From assembly GCA_002269645.1 (NCBI GenBank), contig NIVC01003791.1:1-64000 (forward strand): DNA of 64,000 nt, read 5' to 3'. Below the pieces are notes generated by a model. The model saw only the letters and a program-made list of their open reading frames with translations, searched no databases and was not told the DNA's origin. The translations under genes were made by a program, and so were the position numbers. This stretch comes from Macrostomum lignano. Taxonomy: Eukaryota. This document shows positions 21,849 to 61,341 of this stretch, in pieces. Positions within the stretch are counted from its first letter, which is position 1, and each line of letters begins with the position of its first letter.

Positions 21849-23338
21849 TCTTAATTATTGAATGAAAATCGCCAAGAAGAAAGTGAAAAATTGTGCAAAG
21901 TGTGGTTGTTAAGGCAGTCAAATATTCACAGAGTTAAATAGTTATACTGCTGTTTTCCTTGGAAGATCCCAACCGATTCTGGTTCTGGAATTGGTAATGT
22001 GAAGAGCCTCTGAGTTGAATAGTCCTTGATTAAAAGACGTTAAAATTTTTAAGCATAAATAAAAATAGTCAAATAAATAATTGTCTTCTAAACTAATTTT
22101 ATTTAAAAATCAATCCTTAAATTCAATTTATCACAATCTCTCTTACTTACTTTGTACCACAGCAAGAAAACTTTGTTTGACTATGTAATGACGAATTTGT
22201 ACGATTTATTGTTCGGAAAGAATGAATTTCAGAGAATTATCCAAAAAACCGTGGTCCCATTTTCTTTGTCCGATATATTTCTTGATCATCTATGTCTTAT
22301 TGAAGTGTTTTGTTTGTTACTGGGTTAACTTTTGAATTTGAGTTTGTCTTTTTTCTTCATTATAAGTATTAGTTTAATTTATCTAGGCCTTAAAACTTAT
22401 GCTTATGGCTTTTTATAATAGGCCTAGACTAGTTAGAGTAGGCCTAGCGCAATAAATGAAAATGACGTACAAAAGTACCGCAATAGCAGTACTGATATTA
22501 CAGTACAATATATTTTACTTGTAGATCTACCATGAAACATTGTTAGACCAATCCTATACAATAATTTATGCTAGTTGCTAGGCACTTATAATTATACTTG
22601 TTCAAACTTTTTGAAATAAAACTTTGCAAGCACTTAATTTCAATAATACAATATGCTATCCTATGGCTATTTGAACCAGTCTTATCTAGGTGCAGGTCAT
22701 TTTGGTGACAAGTTATTTTGGTGACAATCATTTCATTCAGTCACATTGTTTATTTTGTTATAAGTTGCTTTTGTAATAAAACTAGGCCTACCTTTTTAAG
22801 TTTGGTAGGCCCTAAAAGTGGAATATTTTGGTTGGTAAGTTAGGCCTAGTAGTTGTAATTTTATTTTTAACAATGTTGGGCACAATTCCAATATTCCAAT
22901 ACTTTAATAGTGATAGGCCTATTATTGACCATACCTTTTGGGTATCAGAGTATTAGAAGCCAGTACTTTTTTGATAGCATTAGACTTCTATAACTTCCTT
23001 TCTTTAATAGGCATAAAGAAGACTGACTACAGAGGCTAGTAAGTAGTTAATTATCAACTACACAGGCAATACTTTTGTTAGACTATGTCAATGATTTCTA
23101 GAAATCATACATATATAACTGCTAGCCAACCTGGCTAATTTGGCCATTGTAAATTGTGGTAAACTAGGGATAAGTTGCAAAAATGCTTACCAAAAAGAAT
23201 ATAGAGGTAGTAAAGTTTTAGTATATGGACTAATTAGATGATAAAGCATTTAGCCTTAATAAAATAGTCATAGTTATTCTTACTATTTATCTAGTTGCAC
23301 CTACATATAAGCCATAGTTTGGATTGTGTATTAATATA

Positions 23339-24370
23339 GGCAGTTGTTATTTGTCCAGTGACCGGATGAATAGCGATGTGGTTATTTGTCTGGTTACTGG
23401 ATCCTGACCATGCTTTCCTATTCATCCGGTTAATACTAGACAAATGGACATTTTGTTATTTGTCCAGTTAAATTGATAATGCTAAAATATCTAGTTTATA
23501 AAAACCACAAGGGTAAATATTCCTAGACTTCAAAGACTTCTTACTTGTGTCTTGATTATTATATTGTTATACTAATATGTGTCTTAGGCACATGACCAAG
23601 ATGGCCATAGCTCTGAGTGTCTAAATAGATAATAATAAGACTGGGTACATATATTTAACTCTTTTTTAGTAATAAAGAAAATAGTTATAATAGAATTGTA
23701 TTATAAATATAATCATTCCCTTTGGACTTAGGCCTAGCTTTTATTGTAGCCTGACCTATAGAGGCCTATCTATTTATCCACTATATGAAGCAAGTAACCT
23801 AGCACAAAATAAATACCCTATGGCTATGACATTTAAATATTTATCCTAATTATTTGCATAGCTAGCATTACCATTATTAGCAATAGTTTCTTAATAAACA
23901 GATTGTGATAGATTTGATAGATGTGATGACAGAATAAATTGGCACAAACACTAAAAAAGATTAAAGGTTTTGTATTAAAAGTAGGCCTAATTAGTTTCAA
24001 ATCTATTATTGTATTAGTTTATAAATATAATTGATTAAAGAAAAATAATTTAATATATTATATATTATTGCTAATTAATGATAGATAGAAAAAGAGAGTA
24101 GATATAATAAATATTCAATGTTGTGGCCATCTTGGTGTGTGGCTATCTTGGTCTTACACCGTGTCTTATACACCAAATTATGCCAAATTGAATACACTGC
24201 TTTGCTGCTTACACTCAAATAATACAAGAAAATATTAATCAGTATACAAGAAAAGGTCTTAAAAATCTAGAATATTCATTACAAAACAAATAAGATATTT
24301 GTGTTAGCAATTTAACCGGACAAATATCAAAAAGGCTATTTGTCCGGTCACTGGACAAATAACAACTGCC
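23339..24370. mobile_element. Non-autonomous MULE-like DNA transposon (1032 bp)
   Basis: TIR GGCAGTTGTTATTTGTCCAGTGACCGGA is identical over 28 bp at both ends. Perfect 9-bp TSD ATTAATATA at 23330-23338 and 24371-24379. Confidence 0.8.
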
Positions 24371-25739
24371 ATTAATATATGCCAAGTTTAATACTAGAAA
24401 AAAATGATATAACCTCATTTGTATGCCGGGTTTATGTGCCAATACAAAAAAATTGTAATTTGACACAATATATCTCTTGTTTCATATATGCCAGAATACA
24501 TCCTGATGTAGCCTATGCTAAAAAATGATAAGACCCTTGTTGTATACCAGGAAATCCCGGCATACATCTGGCCTAAACTATGGCCATTGTCCAGATCATG
24601 GCAGGCATATGCCAGAATGAAAATTCATGTTTTTTCAATTTTATGCCAATGTAGTATTTAAAAAAAATTTATGCTGAGCTCAAAAATGTTTTTATGTCAA
24701 TTTTTTAAGAATATATATTTTGAGAAAAATGTTTTACTAAACTTTAACATGGCTATTTTTTGCTAAGAACTAATATTCTTTTTTTTATTTTGTTTTTTCC
24801 TATAGATTGCGTTAATATTTTTTGTTCTAGTTTCCGATTATTTTTAAAGGAGCTTTTGTTGGTTGATATTTAATTACATGATTATATTAGCCTTGAACTT
24901 GGCTATTTTTGTATGCCAACTATGTACAATTCATGTTGAACCTGAAAATTCTATATGCCAAATGTATACAAGATTGTCAGCGAGAGCAAAAATATGCTGG
25001 AATTTTCCTGTGTAAAGGCCCTTTTTGGCCTATGGAACTATGGCACATAAGTAACAACTCTTTTTTTCTTTTGCATAGGAGTGTCCAAGCCACTTATTCC
25101 AATAGGGCTATGTAGGCATGGTCCTTTCAAGTACCTCTATATGGCATCTAAAGGTTTTGGTGATTCTATCCTAATAGGGGTTATGGAAAATATATTTTAA
25201 TAAGTACCTTTAATACTTTGTATCCCCATTCAATATTTTCTAGATCTACATCTAATATATAATAAATAACATGGTCTTAAGCAATCATTTTCTATGTGTA
25301 TAGTATAAATAAAGAGTTTGCAAAGATTTTTTGGTTGGAAGCTATTGTATTTTCTATTGTCTATCTATTTATATTATAAGCCTATGAATATATGACTAAT
25401 ATAATTAAGATAATTTAAGATAGTGATCTAATTTTTAATATACAATGTGCAAAGCCTATACTTAGTACTATAGGTCTTAGCTAAGGGTCTGATAATATCA
25501 AATTTTTGAGATTTTCAAGACTTAAGATCTATACTTTCTAAATAACAAGTTCTATCCAGATTCAACATAAACCCAGTTTGTATCTAGTAGGCTTATTTAT
25601 ATTATTCTATCTATCAATGTTAATATTATTATTCATTAAATACATACAATGTAGCCAGGCATAGCCAGGGGGACACTAGGGACATGTCCCCATTGGAGTG
25701 GGAAGATTTTTTACTGCCTTTGTATTTTGCTTCTATTGC

Positions 25740-26490
25740 TAACATTGGAAATGGATTGATGTCTTGTTGCAATCAACCAATGGCTCATAGATAACATGCT
25801 CTGCAAGGCTATAGACACTCTCACTGATTGTCTGTCTTTTGCTCAACTCCACAAAAAGCACTTGAGGATATTTGCTTAGCCTGATTGTAAGCCCAGTGAA
25901 ACATGAACTATCTTTAAATCTATGTATATAACCCATTCGTGACCACAGTAGGCTATTTTAGCAGAACATCTTGATGGAATTATTGTTCCTTCAGTGTCAT
26001 CAAATGGGCCTTCGGTGTTAACAAATGGTCCAGAGGTTTTGATAGATAAAAATTGCTGTTGTGTACATGTAGGTATAGCAGATTCAATGTGGAAAGCTGC
26101 CAGTCCAGTGTTATGCTTCTGTATTAATCTCATTTAATAGCCCAGGCATATGTATATAATGCACAAGGTTCTTCTCAGATTGCACAAAATAATTCATAAC
26201 TGCATCCTGCCTAATGCAAAATGGTGTTACTCAAGCAGGCCCTTTAAAAAAAAGATGCTTTGAGTTCAGCCTAGAAGGAAACAGCTCACTAGCTTTCTTG
26301 AGTAAATACAAGTCATGGACCAAGTTGTTCAATTCACTTTGAAAGAAAAACTAAGGTGCAGTGCTCTTGTTAGTAGGCAAATAGATGTTATCACTAGCTC
26401 CTTTATCACCCAAGTTTATCTTCATTGTTACTGATTTCTTTCAGCCTAACATAAACTGGCACTAGAATTTCTTCACAGTTAGGGACTGGT
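25740..26490 (-). pseudogene. Decayed Chapaev3-like (CMC) transposase
   Basis: Fragments in order: PVPNCEEILVP; FQSELNNLVHDLYLLKKASELFPSRL; HNSNFYLSKPLDH; KIAYCGHEWVIYIDLKIVHVSLGLQSG; HVIYEPLVD. These match recalled Chapaev3 motifs (PVPH, QSELNDLVRDL, LLHNGN, WxICGDLK..LGLQSGYTK, EPLV). Many stops and frameshifts. Confidence 0.7.
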
Positions 26491-29400
26491 CAATGCATTG
26501 ATTGCATACATGAGTATATAGATCAGGATACATAAGTATATAGGCTAATAATTGTTTCAATTAATGCCAAGTCTAAACTTTACCACAATCTAAATATACT
26601 AAATGCAATATTAAAAAAATTCTAAAATGTATGAGCTGAGATATTTTATTATTCCATGCTTCCATATTGCATGTTATGCTTTTAGGTCATTTTTGTCTAC
26701 CAAAAGAGGAAGTAGCCATCCCTTGGTCATACTCAAACTAATATTCCATATAAAAATATTCCCTTTAGTAGTTCTCTCATGGATAAGTATCTAGCAAAAT
26801 TTATTTGCTCTAAAAAGCAAAACTTTTGTATAATAATTTTTTTAATTGCAATTTTATGATAAAAGGAATATGCAAATCTATTTTTTCTATTTATTTATCT
26901 TATCTACCTTTCCTACGTACTAAATGTTTGGATTTAAGAATGGATAAAAGTCTTTTTTTAAACTTCCTTTTTTATTCCTTAATAATACTAATAGAACACT
27001 CTTATTTAGGGTTTAAAATATGTTACAACTAATTTATAGGTATTTTTCTTGGAGACTATATATATATACCAAATGAATGCTTCACAAGGTCAGTGCCAGT
27101 GTAAGAAATAGGTGTTTGCTTTTAGGATACTACTAGTGGCACTTTTGTAAGCAGATTGCTAGGCTACTAAAAGACCTTTTTGTTAGTAGTTGCTATTTCA
27201 AAAAACCTTCTTAAATTAAATTCAAAACTTTAAGGAAAGAATATTTTACTGTTAAATATTTTAAGTTAATTTTTATGTTTAATAGTATTTTGTCAAATAG
27301 GTAGGCATTATTGACATATTTTTGATATATTAGTATACAAATAAATTTATAGGTCATTTAATTTTTTAATGTTTGCTGTTGTTGCTACTGCTATTGCAGT
27401 TGCCAATAGCAGTTATGTGATTTAGGATTACTCTTAGATTTAATATTTAAAAGCTAAATTTATTTTGAACTTCTGTTTTTGTATTTTTTGATTAATTTCC
27501 CTGTCTGTGTGTGTGCTAAAACTTTATTTATCTATTTCCAGAAGTGTGGTTGATTCAAATTTGGGTTTTTAGTGCTGTTTACCCTGCTACTGGGCACACT
27601 CTGTGTGCTTGTTCTCCTTTAGACTTGGCATTGCTATACTAATACAAGTGTACTATTATCTCTAATATTAAGATTAGAGATAATATTATTAAGTTATTAT
27701 TAGATTGGATTAATGCTCAGCATGCACACCGTGGTTCAAATTAAATAGAATATATTCTAAAATTCGTCATGTGTGTTTTTACCTTCATTTTGGCACCCAG
27801 CCATTTTTAAGCTTTTCAATTTTTAAGACTGCATTTTTTCACCCTTTTCATCAAATATTAGCCAACTGCAACTGCTCCCCATCTATCTTAGCAGGTGGCC
27901 ATAGTTGGCATTTTCCAATGCCATTAGCAACACTTCAAGGTTTGTGCACGATTGCTACGCTCTGTGCAGCACTTTTGTGTTTTTATCTGGCTGTAGCGTC
28001 ACTGGAATATTGTCCTGACCCTCTAGGCTATGCCTACGTTATCCATATCTGGCTAATGTGCGGTACAGGACGCAGCAACTGGCAACTTTGCTGGCTAGGG
28101 AAATTGGGGAGGGGGGGGGGCAGAATTTTGCGTTGCTAATCCCGGCGAGCCCAGCTTCTTCTTTTACTTTAGATGCGCAGCTTTTCGCCCCATCTCGTCT
28201 CCAGTCAGTCCAGCCTGTTCGTCTCCCCACTCTGCAGTTAGTCTCTCTGTTGCTCTCCAGCCTCCCCGATTCCCACACCCGGCCGGGAGCAGCGGGTGGA
28301 TGAACGCACGGGTAGGGCACAATTTTGGAAATGTGACTAAGCTGCACCCAGGCCTCTGGGGGGGGGGTTGCGCTGGTGCACGGTCGGTGAAGAGAAAAAG
28401 CCGACAAAACGAAAGGAAAAGAACTCCCGCTCCGTGTTTGCATTGCCTTGCGCGCTGCTGCCCTTAAGCTTAACTTTCCAGTCTGTCTGTCCGTCTGCGT
28501 GCGTGCGCGTATTAGACCACATTTCTGGCCTAAACCTTGGTCGTCTTAATCTTTCACTTATTCACTATTAGGGAATGGAGATACGCGGTTTAGCCTTCTT
28601 TGATTATCGCCCTAATAATGTCCATCCTGACAATGAGAAACAAGGCTATGCTTTATGCGCTACGGGTTTACAGCTAGTTTCCTTGTGGTCAATAAAATGC
28701 ACTTTTTAGTAATGTGTCATGTATCAATATTATATAGATATTTCCCATTCCCTGCTGTAGTCTTTTTTCTCTAATGCCGGACTCTCTCGCCTTGAGTTTG
28801 CGTGTGTGTTTGCTTGCTTTCCTTAGCTCTTTCCTTAGTCTTTACTGTGCTTGCTGCGGTGTTGCTTTTTATGAGCAGCGGCTTGCCCGGCGCACTTTTA
28901 TTGTGCCTTGTCTTTGGCGGCGACTCTTGCCAATACTGTGCAGGCGATACTCGGTTTAAATAATTGATCAGTTTGCTGGCTGGGCCTACTAAAAGTCGGG
29001 TGGGAAATATGATGCACTTTTAACTATTATACTCGTACTAATCTAGAATGATGGCAAAGTGTCTTCCTTTGACCCGCGGTGACCTCAAAGCGAATCACCA
29101 ATTAATTGCTAGGCTAGATGCAAAAAGCACTATAATTTGCTCTCCTCCTCTCTCTCTTGTTTATTGCCTGGTCACGCAACGCGGCTGTTGTCTTTCTTGT
29201 CTTGTGTCTTAGTAAGTCTTAGCAACGGAGGAGATTATCGCCTTAGTTGTATTAAGCCTGTTGGAGATGCAACGCTTCGTACTGTACGAAGTGCGTTTAA
29301 GCCCCCCCCCCTTGCCCCATCCCCTACCGCGTTAAGGCTCGAGGATTTTCAGGCTTTGGCAGGAGGGGAATTCTGTCCTAGCGTTTTCCTGTCCTATTTG

Positions 29401-31559
29401 CAAGCATGCCAAAAATGGCCGGCCAAGGATAGAGAGGCCTGTCCAGCAAATTTGGCTTCTTCACTTTTTTGGCCGAAAAATTTGTGATTCTACAGAATGC
29501 AAAGTTTAAACTTTAAAAACCCATTTGGAAATTTCTGCTGCTGGTGCTTATTGCCTTCTGCTGTCGCGTACTGTGCGTAGCTAGCTGGCTCTTGTGTGAA
29601 TGCGATTACAAGTCTGAAGAGTCAAAAACTGAAAATCCATTCCCGCTGACTGTGAACTGACAGACAAAGAGAGAGACAGAGATGGGGAGAGCGATTCATT
29701 CCTGCCTATCCGCTCAGCACCATCATTTCCGCCCCTCATGCGCTTGCATTTGGTATCGGAGGCATAGGGGTGGTCGCTGCCACTGCGTGCGTGCAAAATT
29801 CTAACATCAGGCTTATATATCAGAACCCATTGCCTTTATAGGCAGCAGAACGGACACGTCAGTCGACCCCAGCCGTGCTGCATCAGACACAGCGGGCAAA
29901 CTGGGCTGGTTATTGCTGCACCGTAGGGGGGGGGGTAATTCTTCCTCTGGCCAGCTGCTAACATCGATCCGGTTTCCGAGAATTTATGAAATTGGGATTT
30001 GATTTTAGTAGTTAGCAAAAGGGATTTTCTATTCTTAGTAGTACTGCGTGGCCTGCAGGCCAGCCCTAGGCTAGTCAGACTTAGTAGTGGTTCGACGAGT
30101 TATTCATTGTGGTTATATTGGCTGACTGCACTATATACTGTATAATATATGGCCATATACTCGTCGATCGCTTGTCTGTCAATTATTTGACTTTAATCTA
30201 AGTAAAATGTGCAATTTCCAAAGCTTCGAAAAAGCAAAAAGATTGTTATGATTTCAAATAAAGACTTTACGGAAAATCTGACCTGTTACGTCTCATCTGC
30301 CGTAAATGTCCTCAAATTTGAACATTAAATTCCAATATTCTCCATACAATGTACATACTGTAACAAGACTTCGCAACTATATTCCTAGTATAAAGGTTTT
30401 ACCCTCAATAGTCTACTAGCCTCTGTGTACATTTAGTGGTTTTGGAACAATAATACTGTATAGTGTCCGATAGTGTTTTTGAAGGAGCCGACAAGGCGTT
30501 AGTTTAATTTGTCCTTACATATCCCTTGATCAAGCACGGCTAGAGTGGCCTCGGCGAGTCGGCATTGAGCAATGAGCACATTCCTTTGGCACTTAACCGA
30601 CGTCGCATCTCTCCAGTTCTGAGGACAGGAATAGCCTTGATAGCTTTTCTCTAATACCCCGAGCTGGAGTCAGTTCGCACTTATGGGAGAGTCCGTGCTT
30701 GGGCGGACATGGCGAGGGTTAAGGGCAGTCAATTGACCTTGGCAATGTTTGCAAATGGCCCCCAACCCCCAGAAGATCAGAGCAGACTTGAGTTGCTTGT
30801 TTGCTCTCGGCCACGTTGGGGTGCATCGTTAATGATGCCTGACTGAAAGTAGCCTCTGTACTCCCGATATCTTCCCGCATAGACTTGATCCCGAGTTGAA
30901 TCAGGCCAATTCCCGCGCAGTGTGTTGAATAATAGTTTTGTTAAGTTCTTGACCCGATGACCCGAGACTGTGAGAGCAACTGCCGGGTTAAGTTACCCAC
31001 TTTGTGTCCAAATAAGCCTTAGTTCATTCAATATCCTTTCTCCTTGGCTTAGCCAATCGCTTAGTCCAAGTGTTTCTGTTGTCACCCGGGTGGGAAACAC
31101 GATTCTGAAACTTTCCTTTACTGGTTGACTTCAATTTCACTGTTTTTCTTTATATATTTTGACTCTGACTGGCTCTGTGCGCGTTTGGTTCAGTCAGTTA
31201 TGTAACCGCCTCCAGGTAGATTGAAATGGAAGCAGATTTTTTTCTAATCTAATCTAACACTGGTATTTTATAAATCTGCATGCTTCAGAACAATGCATGC
31301 TGTTAGTTAATCTTTTTGGCGAGAAAGCTTCGTTCTTTTCCATTAATTGCAGGGCTGTCTTACAGAAATACCGGTAAAACTTATCAAAGTTAATCAAGTT
31401 TTTAGTTTAAGAATACTTTCGAGTTCGAATATCGGTGAATTTTTAGGTCAAATGAAACGTAAAATTAAAGGTGGCTCGTGACCATAGGGTATTAGTTTTA
31501 TGATGATCCTAATGTAAGAGTATGAGCCTCATGATCCTTATATGATAACCCAACGAACC

Positions 31560-31920
31560 TAAAGTGTGATGAGGTCAAAGACCCTAAAGTATGCTAAGGT
31601 CAATGACCCTAAAGTATGATGAGGTCAATGACCCTAAAATATGATGAGGTCAATGACCCTAGAGTATGATGGGGTCAATAATCCTAAATTGTGATGAGGT
31701 CAATGACCCTAAAATATGATGTCAATGACCCTAAAGTATGATGAGGTCAATTACCCTAAATTATGATGAGGTCGTTGATCCTAAAGCATAATGAGGTCGT
31801 TGATCCTAAAGCATAATGAGGTCGTTGATCCTAAAGCATAATGAGGTCGTTGATCCTAAAGCATAATGAGGTCAATGACCCTAAATGATGATGATGTTAA
31901 TGACCCTAAAGTATAATGAG
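31560..31920. repeat. 25-bp minisatellite (GATGAGGTCAATGACCCTAAAGTAT)
   Basis: Directly visible. Confidence 0.9.
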
Positions 31921-32143
31921 GATCAACCTTATTCCGAACACGTGTTTAGGATAAATTAAATGAGTCAAGTTCTATTATGCACCTGTGTATTTCATATTTT
32001 AATGTCTGCTGCCATATTTAAGGCATGCGATAAGCTACAGTCGCTGCAAGTAAACAACAATTATTTAACTAACAAAAATCATATTCGGCCAGACTGCGAC
32101 TGAGCAAAGTTCGAGTATTGAGCTAATTGTATTAGCTGCAAAG

Positions 32144-57745
<25,602 letters not shown>

Positions 57746-58074
57746 TGCCAGCCACGGGCACCCTTGGCTGCAGATTGACAATTTCACCCTATTGATTTAT
57801 AAAATTCGTTTTGATTTTTTTATAAACCGATAGCACTTGTCTTTTCACTGTTAGCTGGCGTTTGCTTTTTGCCTATATATGTGTGTGTATCTGTGTATTT
57901 CTTTGTTTCTATTTGCGCGTTTTCAACTTATTGTCTCTATTACATTTTTCTGTGGCGTTCCCTGTTACTGGTAGATTACATTTTTGGCTGGTTGCGGGCT
58001 GCTTTACCTTGGCTTTGATTCTTTGTCTGTCTTGGTGTGCGCTGTCTCTCCACTGTGAATTTGCAGCTAGGGTA

Positions 58075-58670
58075 GGCACTGACATGAGACACTAGGACAT
58101 GTGAGACTAGGACATGAGACACTCGGACATGAGACACTCGGACATGAGACACTCGGACATGAGACACTCGGACATGAGACACTCGGACATGAGACACTAG
58201 GACTTGTGAGACTAGAACATGAGACACTAGGACATGAGAGACTAGGACATGAGACACTCGGACATGAGACACTCGGACATGAGACACTCGGACATGAGAC
58301 ACTCGGACATGAGACACTCGGACATGAGACACTAGGACTTGTGAGACTAGAACATGAGACACTAGGACATGAGAGACTAGAACATGAGACACTAGGACAT
58401 GAGAGACTAGGACATGAGACACTCGGACATGAGACACTCGGACATGAGACACTAGGACATGAGACACTAGGACTTGTGAGACTAGGACATGAGACACTCG
58501 GACATGAGACACTCGGACATGAGACACTCGGACATGAGACACTCGGACATGAGACACTCGGACATGAGACACTAGGACTTGTGAGACTAGGACATGAGAC
58601 ACTAGGACATAAGACACTAGACATGAGACACTAGGACATAAGACACTAGGACATGAGACACTAAGACAGA
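58075..58670. repeat. 15-bp minisatellite (GGACATGAGACACTC)
   Basis: Directly visible. Confidence 0.95.
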
Positions 58671-60019
58671 CAGACGGTAGAAACGCAGCAGCTTGCCAGT
58701 GAATCACAATACCGTGAATAAGTATCTCTATTAAATATTAGGGCACTGATTCTTTTAGCAAAAACTTTTTACAATGAAAAAGAAGATAAGGAAAATGCCA
58801 GAGCTCAAGCGCTTTCTTTGATCTCTCGCGTTTGCCTGTATTCTCTTCTGAACTCGATTTGTTGCTTTTGCCCTTGCTACTATTGTTAACTACCACCATG
58901 CCTCCTCCTTAGCTTTGCTGTGCTCTATTTGCTGCACTCTGCTATCGCGCTGCTATGCACCCTATAATGCTACTACTAGTAGGATTTTACCCTTTTTATT
59001 ATATATTTTATCTGTGTATTGTTTGCCGTCTTTTAAATCTCGCGAGCCCAGGCACGCCAATTTATTAGCCATTGCTGGTTGTTCTGCTTGTTTTGATAAA
59101 TAGACAACTAATTCTTATAAAATAAAACAAATTTGTTCAATTTTCTGTGTAAAATAAGCTAAGTTTACTTTTCGCCTACTGTAAGTAGCAATGCTTGCGT
59201 GTTTAAGCGCTTTTTTGTTGACGGAAATTTTCTCGATATAGCTTTTTAAATGCTAGTTTTGCTACATGTTATTCAACAAAATAAACACAGTTTATTGCTG
59301 CGCGTTCTGCTTGGCTCTGTTCAACGTGTTAATTCATTGATTATGCATGGATTATCAGCATCTGTCACGAACTCTATCCTCACTCCCAGCTGCATTTTTC
59401 TTAGGTTTTTAATCTGCTAATTAATCGGTAAAATTTGTTAAATCGGTTTCAACCAGTTTTTCTATTATCAAAGCAAAGCCTTCCTGAAGCAGCTCCTTGT
59501 TCATAAAGACGCACCTGTTAATATATTATTTTACCTATAATATGCTTTGTGTATTCGTTGTTATGTGTAAACATAATCGCTATCTGCTGTCTACTTTATT
59601 CGCCGTTTTTTTCTGATTGGCCGCAGTTTTTTTTCGGCTGCCGTCCGTGCTCACAGAAATGTGAGTACGAGTATACTACTGTCTAGGATGGTTCTTCATT
59701 CATCGTTCACAAATTTATTTAATTATTTATACAACAACCCGGCTCCACAGGATTTGCGCATGCGCTAAGATTAGCTTTCCATAATATCAATGCCGAATCT
59801 GCCCCTCCCCGGGTCCGTCATTAATAATTATCGATTATCATTTTCACAAGCGCTTGATTCTTCTCTCGGTACGAGGCATCCAGCAGCGGTGGAGCTGGGA
59901 ACTGCCTCTCATCGCTATAATTATAGATATATTTCCTTGCGGCTCCCTTGCGAGTTTTATTGTGGCCTTCTGATTGCCACCCCTTTCGTAGTAGTCATCT
60001 TCATATAGCTTTCCTACAC

Positions 60020-60495
60020 CCCAGGACAGCCACCCCTTTACTCCTGATTCTCCTGCCCCCAGGACAGCCACCCCTTCACCCCTGATTCTCCTGCCTCCAA
60101 GACAGCCACCCCTTCACCCCTGATTCTCCTGCCCCCAGGACAGCCACCCCTTCACCCCTGATTCTCCTGCCTCCAAGACAGCCACCCCTTCACCCCTGAT
60201 TCTCCTGCCCCCAGGACAGCCACCCCTTCACCCCTGATTCTCCTGCCCCCAGGACAGCCACCCCTTCACCCCTGATTCTCCTGCCCCCAGGACAGCCACC
60301 CCTTCACCCCTGATTCTCCTGCCCCCAGGACAGCCACCCCTTCACCCCTGATTCTCCTGCCCCCAGGACAGCCACCCCTTCACCCCTGATTCTCCTGCCC
60401 CCAGGACAGCCACCCCTTCACCCCTGATTCTCCTGCCCCCAGGACAGCCACCCCTTCACCCCTGATTCTCCTGCCTCCATGACAGCCACCCCCTT
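60020..60495. repeat. 38-bp minisatellite (AGGACAGCCACCCCTTCACCCCTGATTCTCCTGCCCCC)
   Basis: Directly visible. Confidence 0.95.
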
Positions 60496-61341
60496 ATAAG
60501 TCTTATCTGAGATACTCTGAGTAGTATCAAAACTCCTGCTGAAGTCTCCTCGGAGTAATCCAAATATACTAATTTTGCTACCCGTCTTAGTTGAATTGAT
60601 TGGTTAGAGCTATTATGCTTGATTTCACCCCATCCACATGTAGACTTAGCTCGTATTTAATTGCCAATGTATTGTCGATTTAACTTGCTACAGTTGCGTT
60701 GCTTGTTGTTTTGTTTTTTGTGCTTTGCAGCAGCATTAAGTTGTCTATAATAGCAACTTCATCGACTTTTTATGCTATAAACAAATTTTCTCATCTCCTA
60801 ACGTACAAGTTTATTTAAACAACGTAAATAAATACAATTCAAAACGAAAATCTTACTATTACCATTAGTGCAATCAATGCATAAACAAAGCTCAATACAT
60901 GTGGTTTGCTTATTCCTTTCGATTTTAAATGTCAACTGTTCTCTCGTACCTCTACGTCTACGTTTCACCATAGACAAACTCTGTTCGAGAAAAATCCGAC
61001 TTCTCAATATAGCATGCTAAAGGCACGAGCGACACGACAGTGTAGTGTTCTGTCCTCATTTGACTTCGATTGCCCATGCGACTGCCGACAATTCGACTGC
61101 CAAAAATTGACCTATGCGTTTTAAACCATTTCTATTAAACCATCTTGAAACTATTTTTATAATTAGCTAAGATTGTATCTGTTCTTGAGCCCCAAACCTT
61201 ATTGGACCGTATACTGAAAGCTCTGTCTATAGTAGTCCTCTTGACAAACGAGCCCAGACTTGGATTTGGTATGCAGACACGCGAAGTCATAGATCTTCCA
61301 TAGACGAAACTACATATGTAGCTAGTAGGCTCAGTCTTGGC

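Larger units (their letters stand above)
21422..22016. mobile_element. Old inverted-repeat (MITE-like) element hosting the Penelope-type insertion
   Basis: AACTGAGAGGCTCTTCATATT (21422-21442) vs AATGTGAAGAGCCTCTGAGTT (21996-22016), plus TTCTAGAACCAGAA vs TTCTGGTTCTGGAA. Confidence 0.45.

Noticed and set aside
29767-29775. GLI/Ci-like site (GACCACCCC on the minus strand) upstream of the Ihog-like gene
   Set aside because: A single one-mismatch 9-mer; the same word occurs at ~5866, so it is expected by chance.
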